Of a stretch of DNA of 64,000 nt, positions 19,772 through 30,247 are shown piece by piece. A program made the translations under genes and the position numbers. Numbering within the stretch: position 1 is the stretch's first letter; each line of letters opens with the position of its first letter. The notes beneath the pieces are model-generated. The model did no database searches and was not told the DNA's origin. It worked only from the letters and a program-made list of their open reading frames with translations. Source of the stretch: Pyrodictiaceae archaeon (lineage in GTDB: Archaea; Thermoproteota; Thermoprotei_A; Sulfolobales; Pyrodictiaceae); contig JALVSY010000016.1 in assembly GCA_027036135.1 (NCBI GenBank), positions 64,001 to 128,000 of the forward strand, read 5' to 3'.

Positions 19772-21159
19772 GTATTCTTCACCTCTTCGAGAAGCTCCTC
19801 AACCCTCCTCCTGGCAACCCTCAGCCTTGCAGCGAGCTCGGAGACCTGCTTCTCGTCAAGAGCTATCCTGGCCTCAACCCTGCCGAGGTTCACGGTGCTC
19901 TTGCACCCCGTCCTCCTCAGCTCTATGATCTTCTCAACCCAATTGGGGCCCAGCAACTCCTCTGCCAGTTTGCTTAGGGGTCTCTTTCTAAGAAACTCTG
20001 CAACCTCAGCGTATGCCTCCCTAAAGGCTTTACTCTCTCTCAGAGCTAAGAGTTCGGCGAGCTCTACGCTAACCGGGGCATACTCCCAGATGAGCTGTCG
20101 TAACTTATCCTCGTCGAAGCTCATCTTCTCGAACACGTCGGCCAGGATCCTAGCTGCCTCAATCGCGTCTCGGAGAGAAGCGTAGAGAAGGGGATTAGCC
20201 TCTTGGAGATCAAGGTTATAGATATAAGGGAGACCATGCATTATCGTGAGCGCTCCCGCCGCGTATCCAGCTACCTTAGCCGCTCTTGCTCGGAGAACCT
20301 CGAGGGTAACCGGGTTCCTCTTATGAGGCATAGCACTACTAGTAGCAACGTGCTCATCCGGTATCTTTAAGGCGCCGAGGTAGGGCGATGAGTACTGAAT
20401 AAGGTCCCCGGCTATCCTGGATGCCTCCGCGAGGAGCAGGGAGGACACAAGGATAGTCATTACCACGTCAAGCCTACTCCCCGAGGCATAGGGGGCCGGG
20501 AGCACAGAGCCCAAGCCAACTAGCTCTGATAGACGCTCCGGGTTCAATGGTGCAAGCGTTCCTGCCCCAGCACTTGCCCCGAGAGGAGAGCGAGTAACTA
20601 GCTCGAGAACCGTGAGCGCTAGGCGCGTTATAGAGCTAAGAGCCTCCTCCCAGCTGAGCACTAGGCAAGCCACTGTACCAACCTGGCTAGGCTGCTGATG
20701 AGTATGCAGGATTATCGGGGTTCCTCCTTGCCGCGAGGCCAGGCCTAATAGAGCACGCCTTGCGGCGAGTAGACCGTCTAGTAGCTCCAGTAGCTTCTCG
20801 GCGGCATGTAGCCGGAGAGCTGCTGAGACGTGGTCATTCCTGCTCCTGCCAAGCCATAGGAACTTGGCTGCCTCTCCTGCTCTCTCCTCTAGGTGGGCCT
20901 CTGCTGCCTCGAAGACGTCCTCGTAGCCCTCCTTGATATAGTTGCCCTTCTTTATCATCTCGAGGAGAACTGGTGCAAGTCTGCAAACAGCGCTTCGTGG
21001 AACAAGGTCTTTCTCATATAGGTGAGCGAGGTGAGCCGCTAGGATAAACGCGACTTGTTTCTCTATGGCCTTGTCGTGTTCTATGCTAGAGGTGTACCTG
21101 TATACTAGGTCGCCGCCATGTATACCTGTTATCTCCCTGTACCTTGTCATGGCTAGCAC
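19756..21159 (-). CDS. argH: Argininosuccinate lyase
   Basis: EDVFE, GRSRND, HTHQQ, SSAMPHKRNP, YNLDLQE. Confidence 0.95.
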   Translation of the reverse strand: MLAMTRYREITGIHGGDLVYRYTSSIEHDKAIEKQVAFILAAHLAHLYEKDLVPRSAVCRLAPVLLEMIKKGNYIKEGYEDVFEAAEAHLEERAGEAAKFLWLGRSRNDHVSAALRLHAAEKLLELLDGLLAARRALLGLASRQGGTPIILHTHQQPSQVGTVACLVLSWEEALSSITRLALTVLELVTRSPLGASAGAGTLAPLNPERLSELVGLGSVLPAPYASGSRLDVVMTILVSSLLLAEASRIAGDLIQYSSPYLGALKIPDEHVATSSAMPHKRNPVTLEVLRARAAKVAGYAAGALTIMHGLPYIYNLDLQEANPLLYASLRDAIEAARILADVFEKMSFDEDKLRQLIWEYAPVSVELAELLALRESKAFREAYAEVAEFLRKRPLSKLAEELLGPNWVEKIIELRRTGCKSTVNLGRVEARIALDEKQVSELAARLRVARRRVEELLEEVKNTCIKA

Positions 21160-21189
21160 CGCTTCTCAAGATAACGCATCCCTCTCTTC

Positions 21190-22374
21190 TCAGATGCCCC
21201 TAGATCTTACAGCAGCGAGGCTATGTCGGCCCCAGATCTTTATGAAGCCCTCGGCCTCCTCGGCTGACGGATACCAGCCTTTATCGTAGTCTATGAGGCT
21301 CTTGCTGTAACTGGTATAGTCGCTGCTTCTCCCGATGACGCTGAGAGAGCCCTTATAAACCTTGACAACTACTTCACCTGTCACCCACTTATTGAGTTCA
21401 TCTATAGCCTTCTCCACTACGAGCCGAAGCGGCTCCACCCATAGGCCTTGGTAGACTAGGTCGCTCCACTGTTCATCTAGGAGCTTCTTGAATCGCAGCT
21501 CCCGGGGCGTATAGACCAGCTTCTCTAGATCCTTGTGTGCCTCGATGAGGGTCAGCGCTGCAGGGGCTTCATAGACCTCGCGGCTCTTGAGCCCAACAAT
21601 CCTATTCTCTATATGGTCTATCCTGCCATAGCCATGGAGCCCTACTAGCCGGTTAAGTAAGCGGACTAACTTCTCCAACCCCATCTTCTCATTATTAATG
21701 CTCACGGGGATGCCCTTCTCGAAACCTATGCTGAGTACTAGTGGCTCGTTGGGGGCCTTCTCGGGCGGAACAGTCCAGGCAAAGACCTCTTCAGGCGGAG
21801 GAGCTGCAGGGTCATCTAGTACCCCACCCTCGATGCTCCTAGACCAGAGGTTCTCGTCAACACTATACTTCTTATGGGCACCTGGTGGCTCGAACCCATG
21901 TCTTCTCAAAATCTCGGCTGATGCTGTTCTCGTGAGCCCTAGTTCGCGTACTGGGGCAATTATTTTTACATCATCGCCTAGGCGGTATTTGAGGACTAGG
22001 TCGAATCGAACCTGGTCGTTACCCTTAGACGTACAGCCATGAGCTACTGCCTCGGCTCCCTCCTTCTTGGCTATCTCGGCTATCTTCTCGGCTATCAGTG
22101 GCCTAGCCAGGGCCGTGCCTAAGGGGTACCTGTCCTCATACAATGCATTAGCCTTAACTGCCTTACTGATATAGTTCTCCGCGAACTCCTTGACAGCATT
22201 GATAGTGTAGTGCTTTACTGCACCGAGCTTATAGGCCCGCTCCTCGACACCAGCTAGGTCATCCTCTTGGCCCACATCAATTGTGACCGTTATGACCTCG
22301 TATCCCTTCTCCCTGAGCAATAAGAGAATAGCTGATGTATCGAGTCCACCCGAGTACGCGAGTACAACCCTCAT
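21190..22374 (-). CDS. argG: Argininosuccinate synthase
   Basis: LAYSGGLDTS, HGCTSKGNDQVRF, SVDENLW, KSREVYEAP. Confidence 0.98.
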   Translation of the reverse strand: MRVVLAYSGGLDTSAILLLLREKGYEVITVTIDVGQEDDLAGVEERAYKLGAVKHYTINAVKEFAENYISKAVKANALYEDRYPLGTALARPLIAEKIAEIAKKEGAEAVAHGCTSKGNDQVRFDLVLKYRLGDDVKIIAPVRELGLTRTASAEILRRHGFEPPGAHKKYSVDENLWSRSIEGGVLDDPAAPPPEEVFAWTVPPEKAPNEPLVLSIGFEKGIPVSINNEKMGLEKLVRLLNRLVGLHGYGRIDHIENRIVGLKSREVYEAPAALTLIEAHKDLEKLVYTPRELRFKKLLDEQWSDLVYQGLWVEPLRLVVEKAIDELNKWVTGEVVVKVYKGSLSVIGRSSDYTSYSKSLIDYDKGWYPSAEEAEGFIKIWGRHSLAAVRSRGI

Positions 22375-22498
22375 TACAAGCCCTGGGCGGAGCAGCTACA
22401 ACACGATATGTTAAAGCAAGCGACCTGCTCAGCGCTCCAGGCGTTAATAAATAGTGATAAATGGGTCTCTGCGCGCCGGGTGTGGCGGGAGTACTGTC

Positions 22499-23182
22499 GT
22501 GGAGCAGCGTCTCTCAGCCATAGTTAGGAGGATAGTAGATACGGACCCGATACTCCAGGAGTGCCTTGCTCGTGGTGTAGCTAATTACTCTGAGACCGCT
22601 AGGAGGATTAAGCCCCTAGTAGAGAAGGAAGCGGGCACCTCAGCCTCTCTCGAGGCGATAAAAACTGCGCTAATACGCTACGCTCATCGGCTCCGCGAGA
22701 AAGGGGTAGCGCTATCAGCTATGCCTCAGCAGATACTAGCTAGGAGCTCACTCGAGCTACGCATGGGCGTTACAGTAATAGTTGCGAAGCATAGTGCCTT
22801 GGAGAAAATAGTTCGGCTACTCTCAGAGCTACTCGGTAAAGCAAGGCTGCTCTTCGTAATGCAGAGCATCGCGGGAATAGTTGTTATTGTTAGCAAGGAA
22901 TACGCTGACTATGTTCTAGCCAGCCTGAGCGGCGATGTGTTGGAGGTATCTAAGGATCGCTCAGTAATAGTAATAGCTAGCCCAAGGGAGGTGATAACAA
23001 CGCCCGGGTTCCTAGCGTACATAACTGGGCTATTCGCCCGCAACAACATAAACATAGAGCAGATAGAATCAGTGTTCACGGACACGATAATAGTGCTATC
23101 GCCCTCGGACGCGATGAAGGCTTTCCAGCTACTCAATACGGCCATAGAGGAGGCAAAACTGATACAGAGTGAAACGGGCTAG
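22499..23182 (+). CDS. HTH + ACT-domain putative amino-acid-responsive regulator
   Basis: N-terminal NYSETARRI...AIKTALIRY helical region and C-terminal ACT (TPGFLAYITGLFARNNINIEQI.S...D); start 22454 or 22499. Confidence 0.75.
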   Translation: MEQRLSAIVRRIVDTDPILQECLARGVANYSETARRIKPLVEKEAGTSASLEAIKTALIRYAHRLREKGVALSAMPQQILARSSLELRMGVTVIVAKHSALEKIVRLLSELLGKARLLFVMQSIAGIVVIVSKEYADYVLASLSGDVLEVSKDRSVIVIASPREVITTPGFLAYITGLFARNNINIEQIESVFTDTIIVLSPSDAMKAFQLLNTAIEEAKLIQSETG

Positions 23183-23190
23183 TCTTTTTC

Positions 23191-24255
23191 CTAAATGAGG
23201 CCGTTTATCTTTATCTTGTAGTATAGCTCTGCTATCAATACGCCGGTGCCAGCAGCGCCACGTATAGTGTTGTGGCCGAGCACGAGGTACTGAAGAACTC
23301 TGCCGCTAAGCCTTATACGTCCAACAGTCACACTCATGCCCCTGCCGTTGAGCCTATCGAGTCGCGGCTGTGGCCTATCAGGCTCGCGGCGCACTATAAC
23401 TGGTTTCTCCGGGGCCGTGGGCAATCCTAGCTCCTGTGGTCTTGGTCCCCAGGACTCGAAGGCCTCTATGACCTCCTTGGGGCCGCCGGGCTCTCTCCCT
23501 AGTACTAGGTGTACTGATTCTAGGTGGCCATCGAGAACTGGTACACGGGTAGTCGTCGCGTAGATGTTTACCTCTAATGGTTTGACCGTGTTATTCTCGA
23601 GCTTACCGAGTATCTTTCTCGACTCGTTGATTATTTTCTCCTCCTCGTTCTTGATGAAGGGGACAATGTTATCAACTATAACGTAGCCGGGTACTCCTCG
23701 GAGCCCGGCTCCGCTGATAGCCTGCATTGTTGTTACGTGTACATCCCTTATACCGAACTTATCGAGTACTGGTTTTAGGCTAAGAGTGAGCACAGCTGTG
23801 CTACAATTAGGTACCTTTAGTATAGCTCCTCTCCATCCCCGCTTCTTTCTCTGCTCCTCTACTAGCCCTATGTGGTTCCAGTTGGCCTCAGGGTTTAGTA
23901 GCGGTATATCTGGTTCTAGGCGATAATTACTAGCATTCGAGACCACTATCTTGCCGCGTCGCGCCAGCTCCAGCTCTATCTCCATAGCGGCCTCCTTGGG
24001 CAGCGCGACGAACACTACCTCGGCCTCCTCTACGCTATCGGGGCTCGTAGCAGCTACAGTGATTTCGGCGACATTGCTGGGCATAGGTGTCTCTAGCAGC
24101 CATTGGACTGTATCGCCGTAGCGCTTTCCAGCTCTCTCTGAGCTAGCGGTGAGCGCGACTAGCTCGAACCAGGGATGACTCGCTAGTAGGGATACGAAGC
24201 GTTGACCAACGAGCCCCGTGGCGCCTAGTACGGCTGCCTTTATCCTATCCACCAC
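23191..24255 (-). CDS. asd: Aspartate-semialdehyde dehydrogenase
   Basis: GATGLVGQRF, PNCST, QAISGAG, RVPVLDGH, HNTIRGAAG. Confidence 0.97.
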   Translation of the reverse strand: MVDRIKAAVLGATGLVGQRFVSLLASHPWFELVALTASSERAGKRYGDTVQWLLETPMPSNVAEITVAATSPDSVEEAEVVFVALPKEAAMEIELELARRGKIVVSNASNYRLEPDIPLLNPEANWNHIGLVEEQRKKRGWRGAILKVPNCSTAVLTLSLKPVLDKFGIRDVHVTTMQAISGAGLRGVPGYVIVDNIVPFIKNEEEKIINESRKILGKLENNTVKPLEVNIYATTTRVPVLDGHLESVHLVLGREPGGPKEVIEAFESWGPRPQELGLPTAPEKPVIVRREPDRPQPRLDRLNGRGMSVTVGRIRLSGRVLQYLVLGHNTIRGAAGTGVLIAELYYKIKINGLI

Positions 24256-25616
24256 TTAGAGACCACCTCCTCGTGGAGCTTTGAGGCTATGTGCCATGTC
24301 CGAGAGGGCTCAACTATTATTGATAAGATGGGGCTCCCGGGGCTCCACACTGTCCCCATTACCCCGGAGAGCCTCGAGGCTATGGAGAGGAGTGAGGCGC
24401 TTATCTCTGGCTCCTTGACCCCGTACCCGACAATGTTTATCGTGGCTACTTCTCTCTGCTCCACGTTCACCGCTAGTTTGCTAAGTTCCTCGCTGAGAAC
24501 ACTAGCTAGTTTATCCGAGTCCTTCCTTGATACAAGGAGCGTTATGCGGGTCTCTGTTGGTGGCTGGGCCAGGGCCTTTATGTTGACTCCTAGCTTAGCT
24601 GCTATGGAGGTTATGTAGGCCGCGGCTCCTATCCTCTCAACCAGGCCACCACCACTGATGGTTACTGCTGCTAGGTTATCCATCACCGCTATGCCTTTCA
24701 CGGAAGGAGGTTCCTCGGCTTGCTCCACGATGGTCGCCCTGTTTGCCGCGGGCTTTGTTATAGCTACCCTTATGCTCGTGCCTTGCACGGGCTCAAAGGT
24801 TCTTGGATGCATCTTCTTCGCGCCTAGCAACGCTAGCTCCATTGCCTCCTCGTGGCTCAGCCTGGGTATGTGCCGTGCCTCCTTCACGTAGCGCGGATCA
24901 GCGCTATAAACACCGTCAACATCGGTATAGAGCCTGGCCTCTCTTGCTCCAAGGAATCTAGCGAGAAGCGTTGCTGTGTAGTCGCTCCCGCCCCTGCCCA
25001 GCAGGACTAGTTTACCTTCCCTATTGCGCGCAGTAAACCCCATCACGACCGGTACTACGTCGTCCTCTACGAGTGGTTTGAGAGCCTCTCCTACCCATTT
25101 GCTAGACTCAGCATAGTCTATGACTGCGTCGAAGTAGTCCTCGCCTCGCGATACTAGGCCTGCCTCGCCCCCACTGAGCCATGTCGACTCGATGCCCTTG
25201 TCTCGGAGCACGGCCGAGGCCAGTGCAGCTGATAATCGCTCACCGAAAGCTATTATGGAGGCCTTGGCGTGTGGCGTTGCCTCACCAATGACCTTGACGG
25301 CCCATACCAGCTTGAAGAGTTCGTCAAAGAGCCTTGTTAGCTCACCGAGTGTCTGGGAGAGGAGCCCGGGGTTGCTAATCGAGCCCCGAGCTACTGAGAG
25401 ATAGAGAGACATTATGTGCTTGAGCCTCTGCTCCCAGCCCCACCCAGCATCAACGACATCGATTAGTGTATCAGTGACCCCTTTCATAGCTGATACGACT
25501 ACTACTACCCGGTACCCGCTCCTTATCAGCGACCTTACCTCCTCGGCTAATGATAAGTAGCCAGCACTATTCCTCAGCAACGAGCCGCCAAACTTAGCTA
25601 CAACTATGTCGCTCAT
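24240..25616 (-). CDS. lysC: Aspartate kinase
   Basis: KFGGS, VVSAM.GVTD, GERLS, LGRGGSDYTA, TDVDGVYSADPR, C-terminal ACT domains. Confidence 0.96.
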   Translation of the reverse strand: MSDIVVAKFGGSLLRNSAGYLSLAEEVRSLIRSGYRVVVVVSAMKGVTDTLIDVVDAGWGWEQRLKHIMSLYLSVARGSISNPGLLSQTLGELTRLFDELFKLVWAVKVIGEATPHAKASIIAFGERLSAALASAVLRDKGIESTWLSGGEAGLVSRGEDYFDAVIDYAESSKWVGEALKPLVEDDVVPVVMGFTARNREGKLVLLGRGGSDYTATLLARFLGAREARLYTDVDGVYSADPRYVKEARHIPRLSHEEAMELALLGAKKMHPRTFEPVQGTSIRVAITKPAANRATIVEQAEEPPSVKGIAVMDNLAAVTISGGGLVERIGAAAYITSIAAKLGVNIKALAQPPTETRITLLVSRKDSDKLASVLSEELSKLAVNVEQREVATINIVGYGVKEPEISASLLSIASRLSGVMGTVWSPGSPILSIIVEPSRTWHIASKLHEEVVSKWWIG

Positions 25617-25617
25617 A

Positions 25618-26649
25618 CTACTCTCCCTCCAATTCCTCTATGGCTAGTAAGAGGTCACTAAACAGAGTAGAAGCCGTGGCCCGGGGCCCGGCACCGGGCC
25701 CGTAGAGCGTTATGGGCTCAGCCTCCTCAGTGACTACCTCAGCTGCGTTCATTACGCCAGTGGTGTTCCAGAGAGAATCACTTGGCTCCAGCTCTGCTAA
25801 GCGGACAACTGGCTTATGCCCCATACATATATCGGCGATGTAGCGTAGTCGCCTACCCTCTCCTCTCAGCCTCTTTACTCGCTTCTCTATCCCGGGCTCA
25901 ATCCTATCCTCCACGTGTACCTCGTGGAGCCCTACTGGCGAACCCAGTGTACAGGACACTATAGCCGCCTTAGCAGCTAGGTCAAATCCATGAAGATCAA
26001 TGCTTGTATCGGGCTCTGCGTAGCCCCTTCTCTGAGCATCACTGATAGCCTCGGCTAGCGAGAGACCCTTCTCGATAAGGGTTAGAACGTAGTTGCTTGT
26101 ACCGTTGAGGGCACCTCTTACTCTCTTGACCCTGCGTCCCCGTAAACCATAGCGCAGCAAGTCTATGAGGGGCGTACCTGCCATTACTGTGGCCTTGTAG
26201 AATAATTTCTTACCCCACTTCGGGCCCAGGAGGGGTGCACAATTCATAGCTAGGGGCGCCTTATCAGCTGTTACAACAGCCCCTCCTCCCTCGAGGACTC
26301 GTCGGAGCCATTTGAGCTGAGGCGGCTCCTCGACATAGATGCTAGGAGTAATATCAACGAGTACATCTATACGGTCCAGCAGCTCGTCTACATGAAGCCC
26401 CTCGTGGCCCAGTCCTTGGTATCTTCCTAGCCCGCCTCGGGGCAAGCTGAGTGCCTCAAGAAGAACTTCTCTGCCTAGCCCATTCTCGTCAAGGATTACT
26501 CCCTTGCTATCAGCTATGAACACTATATTTACCCGATCCCATAGCCCGTGCTGGTCTCCCCTCTCTAGTAGTAGTCTTACGAATTCCCGCCCAACGTTCC
26601 CAAAACCAGCTATGCCTACGGAGAGCCTCGGGGCCAATGCCGCCAACAC
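25618..26649 (-). CDS. hom: Homoserine dehydrogenase
   Basis: GFGNVG, VVTADK, ATVMAGTP, LNGTSNYVL, GYAEPD, GPGAG..TA. Confidence 0.95.
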   Translation of the reverse strand: MLAALAPRLSVGIAGFGNVGREFVRLLLERGDQHGLWDRVNIVFIADSKGVILDENGLGREVLLEALSLPRGGLGRYQGLGHEGLHVDELLDRIDVLVDITPSIYVEEPPQLKWLRRVLEGGGAVVTADKAPLAMNCAPLLGPKWGKKLFYKATVMAGTPLIDLLRYGLRGRRVKRVRGALNGTSNYVLTLIEKGLSLAEAISDAQRRGYAEPDTSIDLHGFDLAAKAAIVSCTLGSPVGLHEVHVEDRIEPGIEKRVKRLRGEGRRLRYIADICMGHKPVVRLAELEPSDSLWNTTGVMNAAEVVTEEAEPITLYGPGAGPRATASTLFSDLLLAIEELEGE

Positions 26650-26662
26650 CTCTTTTATTAAT

Positions 26663-27900
26663 TCAACTCTCCGAGGGGGCCCCTAGCCTGCTTACTATTC
26701 TTGAAGCCTCCTCGGGATTCCTGGCTATAAGTCTTATAGTATCGGCCTTCATCATCGCGTCCGGGTCTTTTAGCCCATGCCCAGTAAGCACTATGACTAC
26801 TGTCTCCCCCCTCTCTATGAAACCGTCCCCGACTAGGCGAAGCAACCCGGCCAGGCTAGCCGCACTTGCCGGCTCCACAGCTATTCCTTCCCGCCTAGCT
26901 AGTAGGCGCTGAGCACTGAGAATCTCCTCGTCACTAACATCGATGAACACGCCGTTGCTCTCCTCTACCGCTCTTAGAGCCTTTGGCCAGTTAATCGGCT
27001 TACCAATACGTATAGCCGTAGCCACGGTCTCTGGGTGCTCAAAGACAACTGGCTCCCTGAGACCCTTCCTCCAAGCAGAAGCTAGTGGCGCTGCACCACT
27101 GGCCTGTATACCTGCCAGCCTAGGGAGCCTATCTATTAGCCCATAGCGGTGTAGCTCCCGGAACCCTTTCCATATAGCCGATATGTTGCCAGCATTGCCT
27201 ACAGGTACAACGACCCAGTCAGGGACGAAGCCAAGCTGCTCAACTATCTCGAACGCTATTGTCTTCTGGCCCTCGAGCCTCCACGGGTTGAAGCTGTTAA
27301 GGGGATAGAGCTGCCTATTCCTACGAGTAGCCTCCATAACAGCCTCTAGTGCTTTGTCGAAGCTCCCCTCTACCTCTACTATCACTGCCCCATAGAGTAT
27401 GCTCTGGGCCAGCTTACCTAGAGCAATCTTGCCCCGGGGAACAACGATGACTACCTTCATTCCTGCTCGCACAGCATACGCGGCAGCGCTTGAAGCGGTA
27501 TTCCCGGTACTAGCGACAATAACTGCTCGCGCGCCAATACTCCTCGCTAGAGTAACAGCAACGGTCATTCCACGATCCTTGAAACTACCAGTGGGGTTTA
27601 CTCCCTCGTTCTTAGCGAATACTGATACTCCTCTCAGCTCCTCGATTCTATTCAGCCTAGTTAGGGGAGTAGCTCCCTCGCCCAGGCTTATTGGAACAGC
27701 TCCCCTAGGAACTGGTAGTAGTTCACGGTACCTCCATACTCCTGGGCTCCTCTTGCTCCATTGCTCCCAGCTAGGCGGCGCAATGGGCTCCACTACGACC
27801 TCTAGGAGGCCTCCACAACGGGGGCAGAGAAGGAGCCTAGGAGAAGGCTCATAGACATGGCCGCACTTTATGCATCTAAGCCTTACCCGCTTGTCTCCAA
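26663..27900 (-). CDS. thrC: Threonine synthase with N-terminal Zn ribbon; start ambiguous
   Basis: NPTGSFKDRG, ASTGNT, EGQKT, PVGNAGN, LTGHGLKDP. The frame extends upstream of 27793 through RCIKCGH...CPRCGGLL but has no in-frame ATG/GTG/TTG. Confidence 0.92.
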
Positions 27901-27973
27901 AGGAGAGCCCTTGCGCTAACTCATACTCGTATCCAAGCGGTTCACCGACAAACCCTTCGCCGAGGTAACCAGG

Positions 27974-27980
27974 TATTTAA
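27974..27980 (-). promoter_or_regulatory. Probable TATA box for thrC-hom-lysC-asd
   Basis: TTAAATA on the minus strand ~30 nt upstream of a GGTGA Shine-Dalgarno-like motif (27946-27942). Confidence 0.5.
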
Positions 27981-27992
27981 GAGTTGCCCCAC

Positions 27993-29099
27993 CTAACTTT
28001 CCCGCAGCACAAGTGAGAGTTCATCACGGAGGTACTCGAAGCTCTCCAGGCCAACACTTAGGCGCACGAGCCCCGGGGTTATGCCAAGTCTCTTCTTCTC
28101 CTCGTCGCTTAGCCACCTATGACTACTAGTAAATGGGTACGAAGCTATGGAGTCAACAGCTCCCAGGCTAGGCCCGGGCATTATGCCTCTAAGTCTCTGG
28201 AGGACCCTCTTGGCTCTCTCCGAGCTACCGGTATCAAACGAGAGTACGCCACCATAGGTTCCGCCAAAGAGCTTAGACGCCGTAGAATGGTCTGGGTGAC
28301 TGGGCAGGCCGGGGTAGTATACCTTCTCAACGAGTCCGCTCTCCTCCAGCCACTGGGCAAGCCGCATAGCTGTCTCCGAGGCTTGTTTTACTCGTACCTC
28401 GAGGGTCTTGAGCCCCCTATAGGCTAGGTAAGCATCTACTGGCTGAAGAATACTGCCTAGCAGTCTTCTCCACTCCCAGAGACTCCTATGAAGCTCCTCG
28501 TCCACGGAGCCTATGAAGCCTCCTAGGACATCATTGTGCCCCGAGATGTACTTTGTAAGGCTCTCTACAACAACGGCTCCTAGGCTACTGGGCCTATATA
28601 TCACCGGAGTGGCGAACGTGTTATCAACAACTAGTATGCAATCACTCCTTGTACACTCCCTGCTTATCTCGGGTAGTGGTGGGACACGGAGAGTAGGATT
28701 AGCCATTGTCTCCACGAGAACCATGTCAACTTTCTCGATGAGAGCAAGTAGCTCATCCCATGGAGGTCCTGCAAGGAGTAATCCTTTGCCCAGTAGCTTC
28801 TCGGCTAGCTGCCTCGTAGAGCCATAAACGAGCCTAGAGACAAGTACTCGTTTACCCCTAGAAACAGCCTCGTGAAACAATGCTGAGAGAGCAGCCATGC
28901 CGGTATTGAACGCTAGCCCGTAACGGGTCTCCTCGATGCAGGAGAGAACACGCTCAAGAAGCATAGTGGTTGGGTTATTTTCCCGCCCATACTTGACCTC
29001 CGCTAGAGGGTCGTGGAACTCGCCAAGGTAGCGGTAAACCACCGATAAGTGCAACGGTGGAACCGCCTCGTCTCCCCGAGGGAAACACCGCTCAAACAC
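27993..29099 (-). CDS. metB: Cystathionine gamma-synthase/lyase family PLP enzyme
   Basis: YGRENNPT, FNTGMAA, ETMANP, VVDNTFATP, ESLTKYISGHND, RLSVGLE; lies within the homoserine/threonine cluster. Confidence 0.85.
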   Translation of the reverse strand: MFERCFPRGDEAVPPLHLSVVYRYLGEFHDPLAEVKYGRENNPTTMLLERVLSCIEETRYGLAFNTGMAALSALFHEAVSRGKRVLVSRLVYGSTRQLAEKLLGKGLLLAGPPWDELLALIEKVDMVLVETMANPTLRVPPLPEISRECTRSDCILVVDNTFATPVIYRPSSLGAVVVESLTKYISGHNDVLGGFIGSVDEELHRSLWEWRRLLGSILQPVDAYLAYRGLKTLEVRVKQASETAMRLAQWLEESGLVEKVYYPGLPSHPDHSTASKLFGGTYGGVLSFDTGSSERAKRVLQRLRGIMPGPSLGAVDSIASYPFTSSHRWLSDEEKKRLGITPGLVRLSVGLESFEYLRDELSLVLRES

Positions 29100-29108
29100 T
29101 TTCCCTTC

Positions 29109-30062
29109 TCACCCCGTGCTCTTCACAAGCTCCAGGGCCCCTGGAGCCAGTGTGGCTATCCTTGTCTCGGCATCGCCCCCACACTCCCTGTAAGCATCTA
29201 GCATCGCCCTAGCTATCATTGATGCCCTTGTCTCGCTCCACGCCAACGCTATCATACTTGGCCCGGCACCGCTAAGCGATACCCCCGGCGCTCCCACCGA
29301 GAGCGCTGCCTCACGGACAGCCCAGTAGCAGTCAACGTACCGAGACCTGGCTCTCTCAATGATCTCATCGCTCATCATGAGCTCCCCGACTAGCTCCAAG
29401 TCGCCCTCAAGCAACGCTAGAACCATTAATGCGGTCTTGCCACCAAAGTTCCTAGCAGCCAGGGAGACCTCAACGCTACGCGGAATAACCGAGCGCATAA
29501 ACCTAGTCTTTTGCTTCCGGGGAGCTCTGCTGGGCACGAGTATAGCAAAGAAGAGGGGCTTGCTTGGCCGTACCTGCTTAGCGACAAGCCGGTTACCAAT
29601 AGTGGTTACTAGAACGAAGCCACCTAGCAGACTAGCAGCAACGTTGTCAAAATGCGGTGTACCAGCGGCCACGGTCTCGCCAAGCCCCGCTACATAGACT
29701 AGCTCGCTTCTAGTTATCCTCTGTCCAAGTATGCTGCTCAAGGCGGCCACGGTGGCAGCCGCAGAGGCACCACTACTGCCAAGCCCGCGGCCTGGAGGCA
29801 CGCCTTTGTATACGCTTAGCTCTACTCGACCCCCGAAACCGAGCCTGCTCAGCAGCTCCTCGGCGGCTCGCTGGGCAGAGGCCGCTCCACCGCTTCCTTC
29901 AGCAAAGGGCCCAACAACCTTCACCACCTCAACGCCCTGGTTCTTTTTCTCGTCATAGCAGGCAGTAACCTCGTCATAGTAACTAGTATGAGCTACAGCT
30001 AGTACATCAAATCCTGGACCAAGATTAGCACTGCTCGAATATGCTCGAGCGCTCGCACACAT
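29109..30062 (-). CDS. thrB: Homoserine kinase
   Basis: SSANLGPGFDVL, PPGRGLGSSGA, HFDNVAAS, SGAGPS. Confidence 0.95.
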   Translation of the reverse strand: MCASARAYSSSANLGPGFDVLAVAHTSYYDEVTACYDEKKNQGVEVVKVVGPFAEGSGGAASAQRAAEELLSRLGFGGRVELSVYKGVPPGRGLGSSGASAAATVAALSSILGQRITRSELVYVAGLGETVAAGTPHFDNVAASLLGGFVLVTTIGNRLVAKQVRPSKPLFFAILVPSRAPRKQKTRFMRSVIPRSVEVSLAARNFGGKTALMVLALLEGDLELVGELMMSDEIIERARSRYVDCYWAVREAALSVGAPGVSLSGAGPSMIALAWSETRASMIARAMLDAYRECGGDAETRIATLAPGALELVKSTG

Positions 30063-30247
30063 TGCTGGCACTTTGAGATTAGACCCCCTCTTTACCAATA
30101 GAGCACGCCAGTAACATTAATAGCGCGGCATCTGCTTATGTCTTGTTGCTTGTTATAGATGATTTCTTTTACTTCACTGCATAGAAACGCTAACTATATT
30201 AACTGGCCAGTTGGTCTACATGAATAGACTACTAGGTGCATGGTAAG

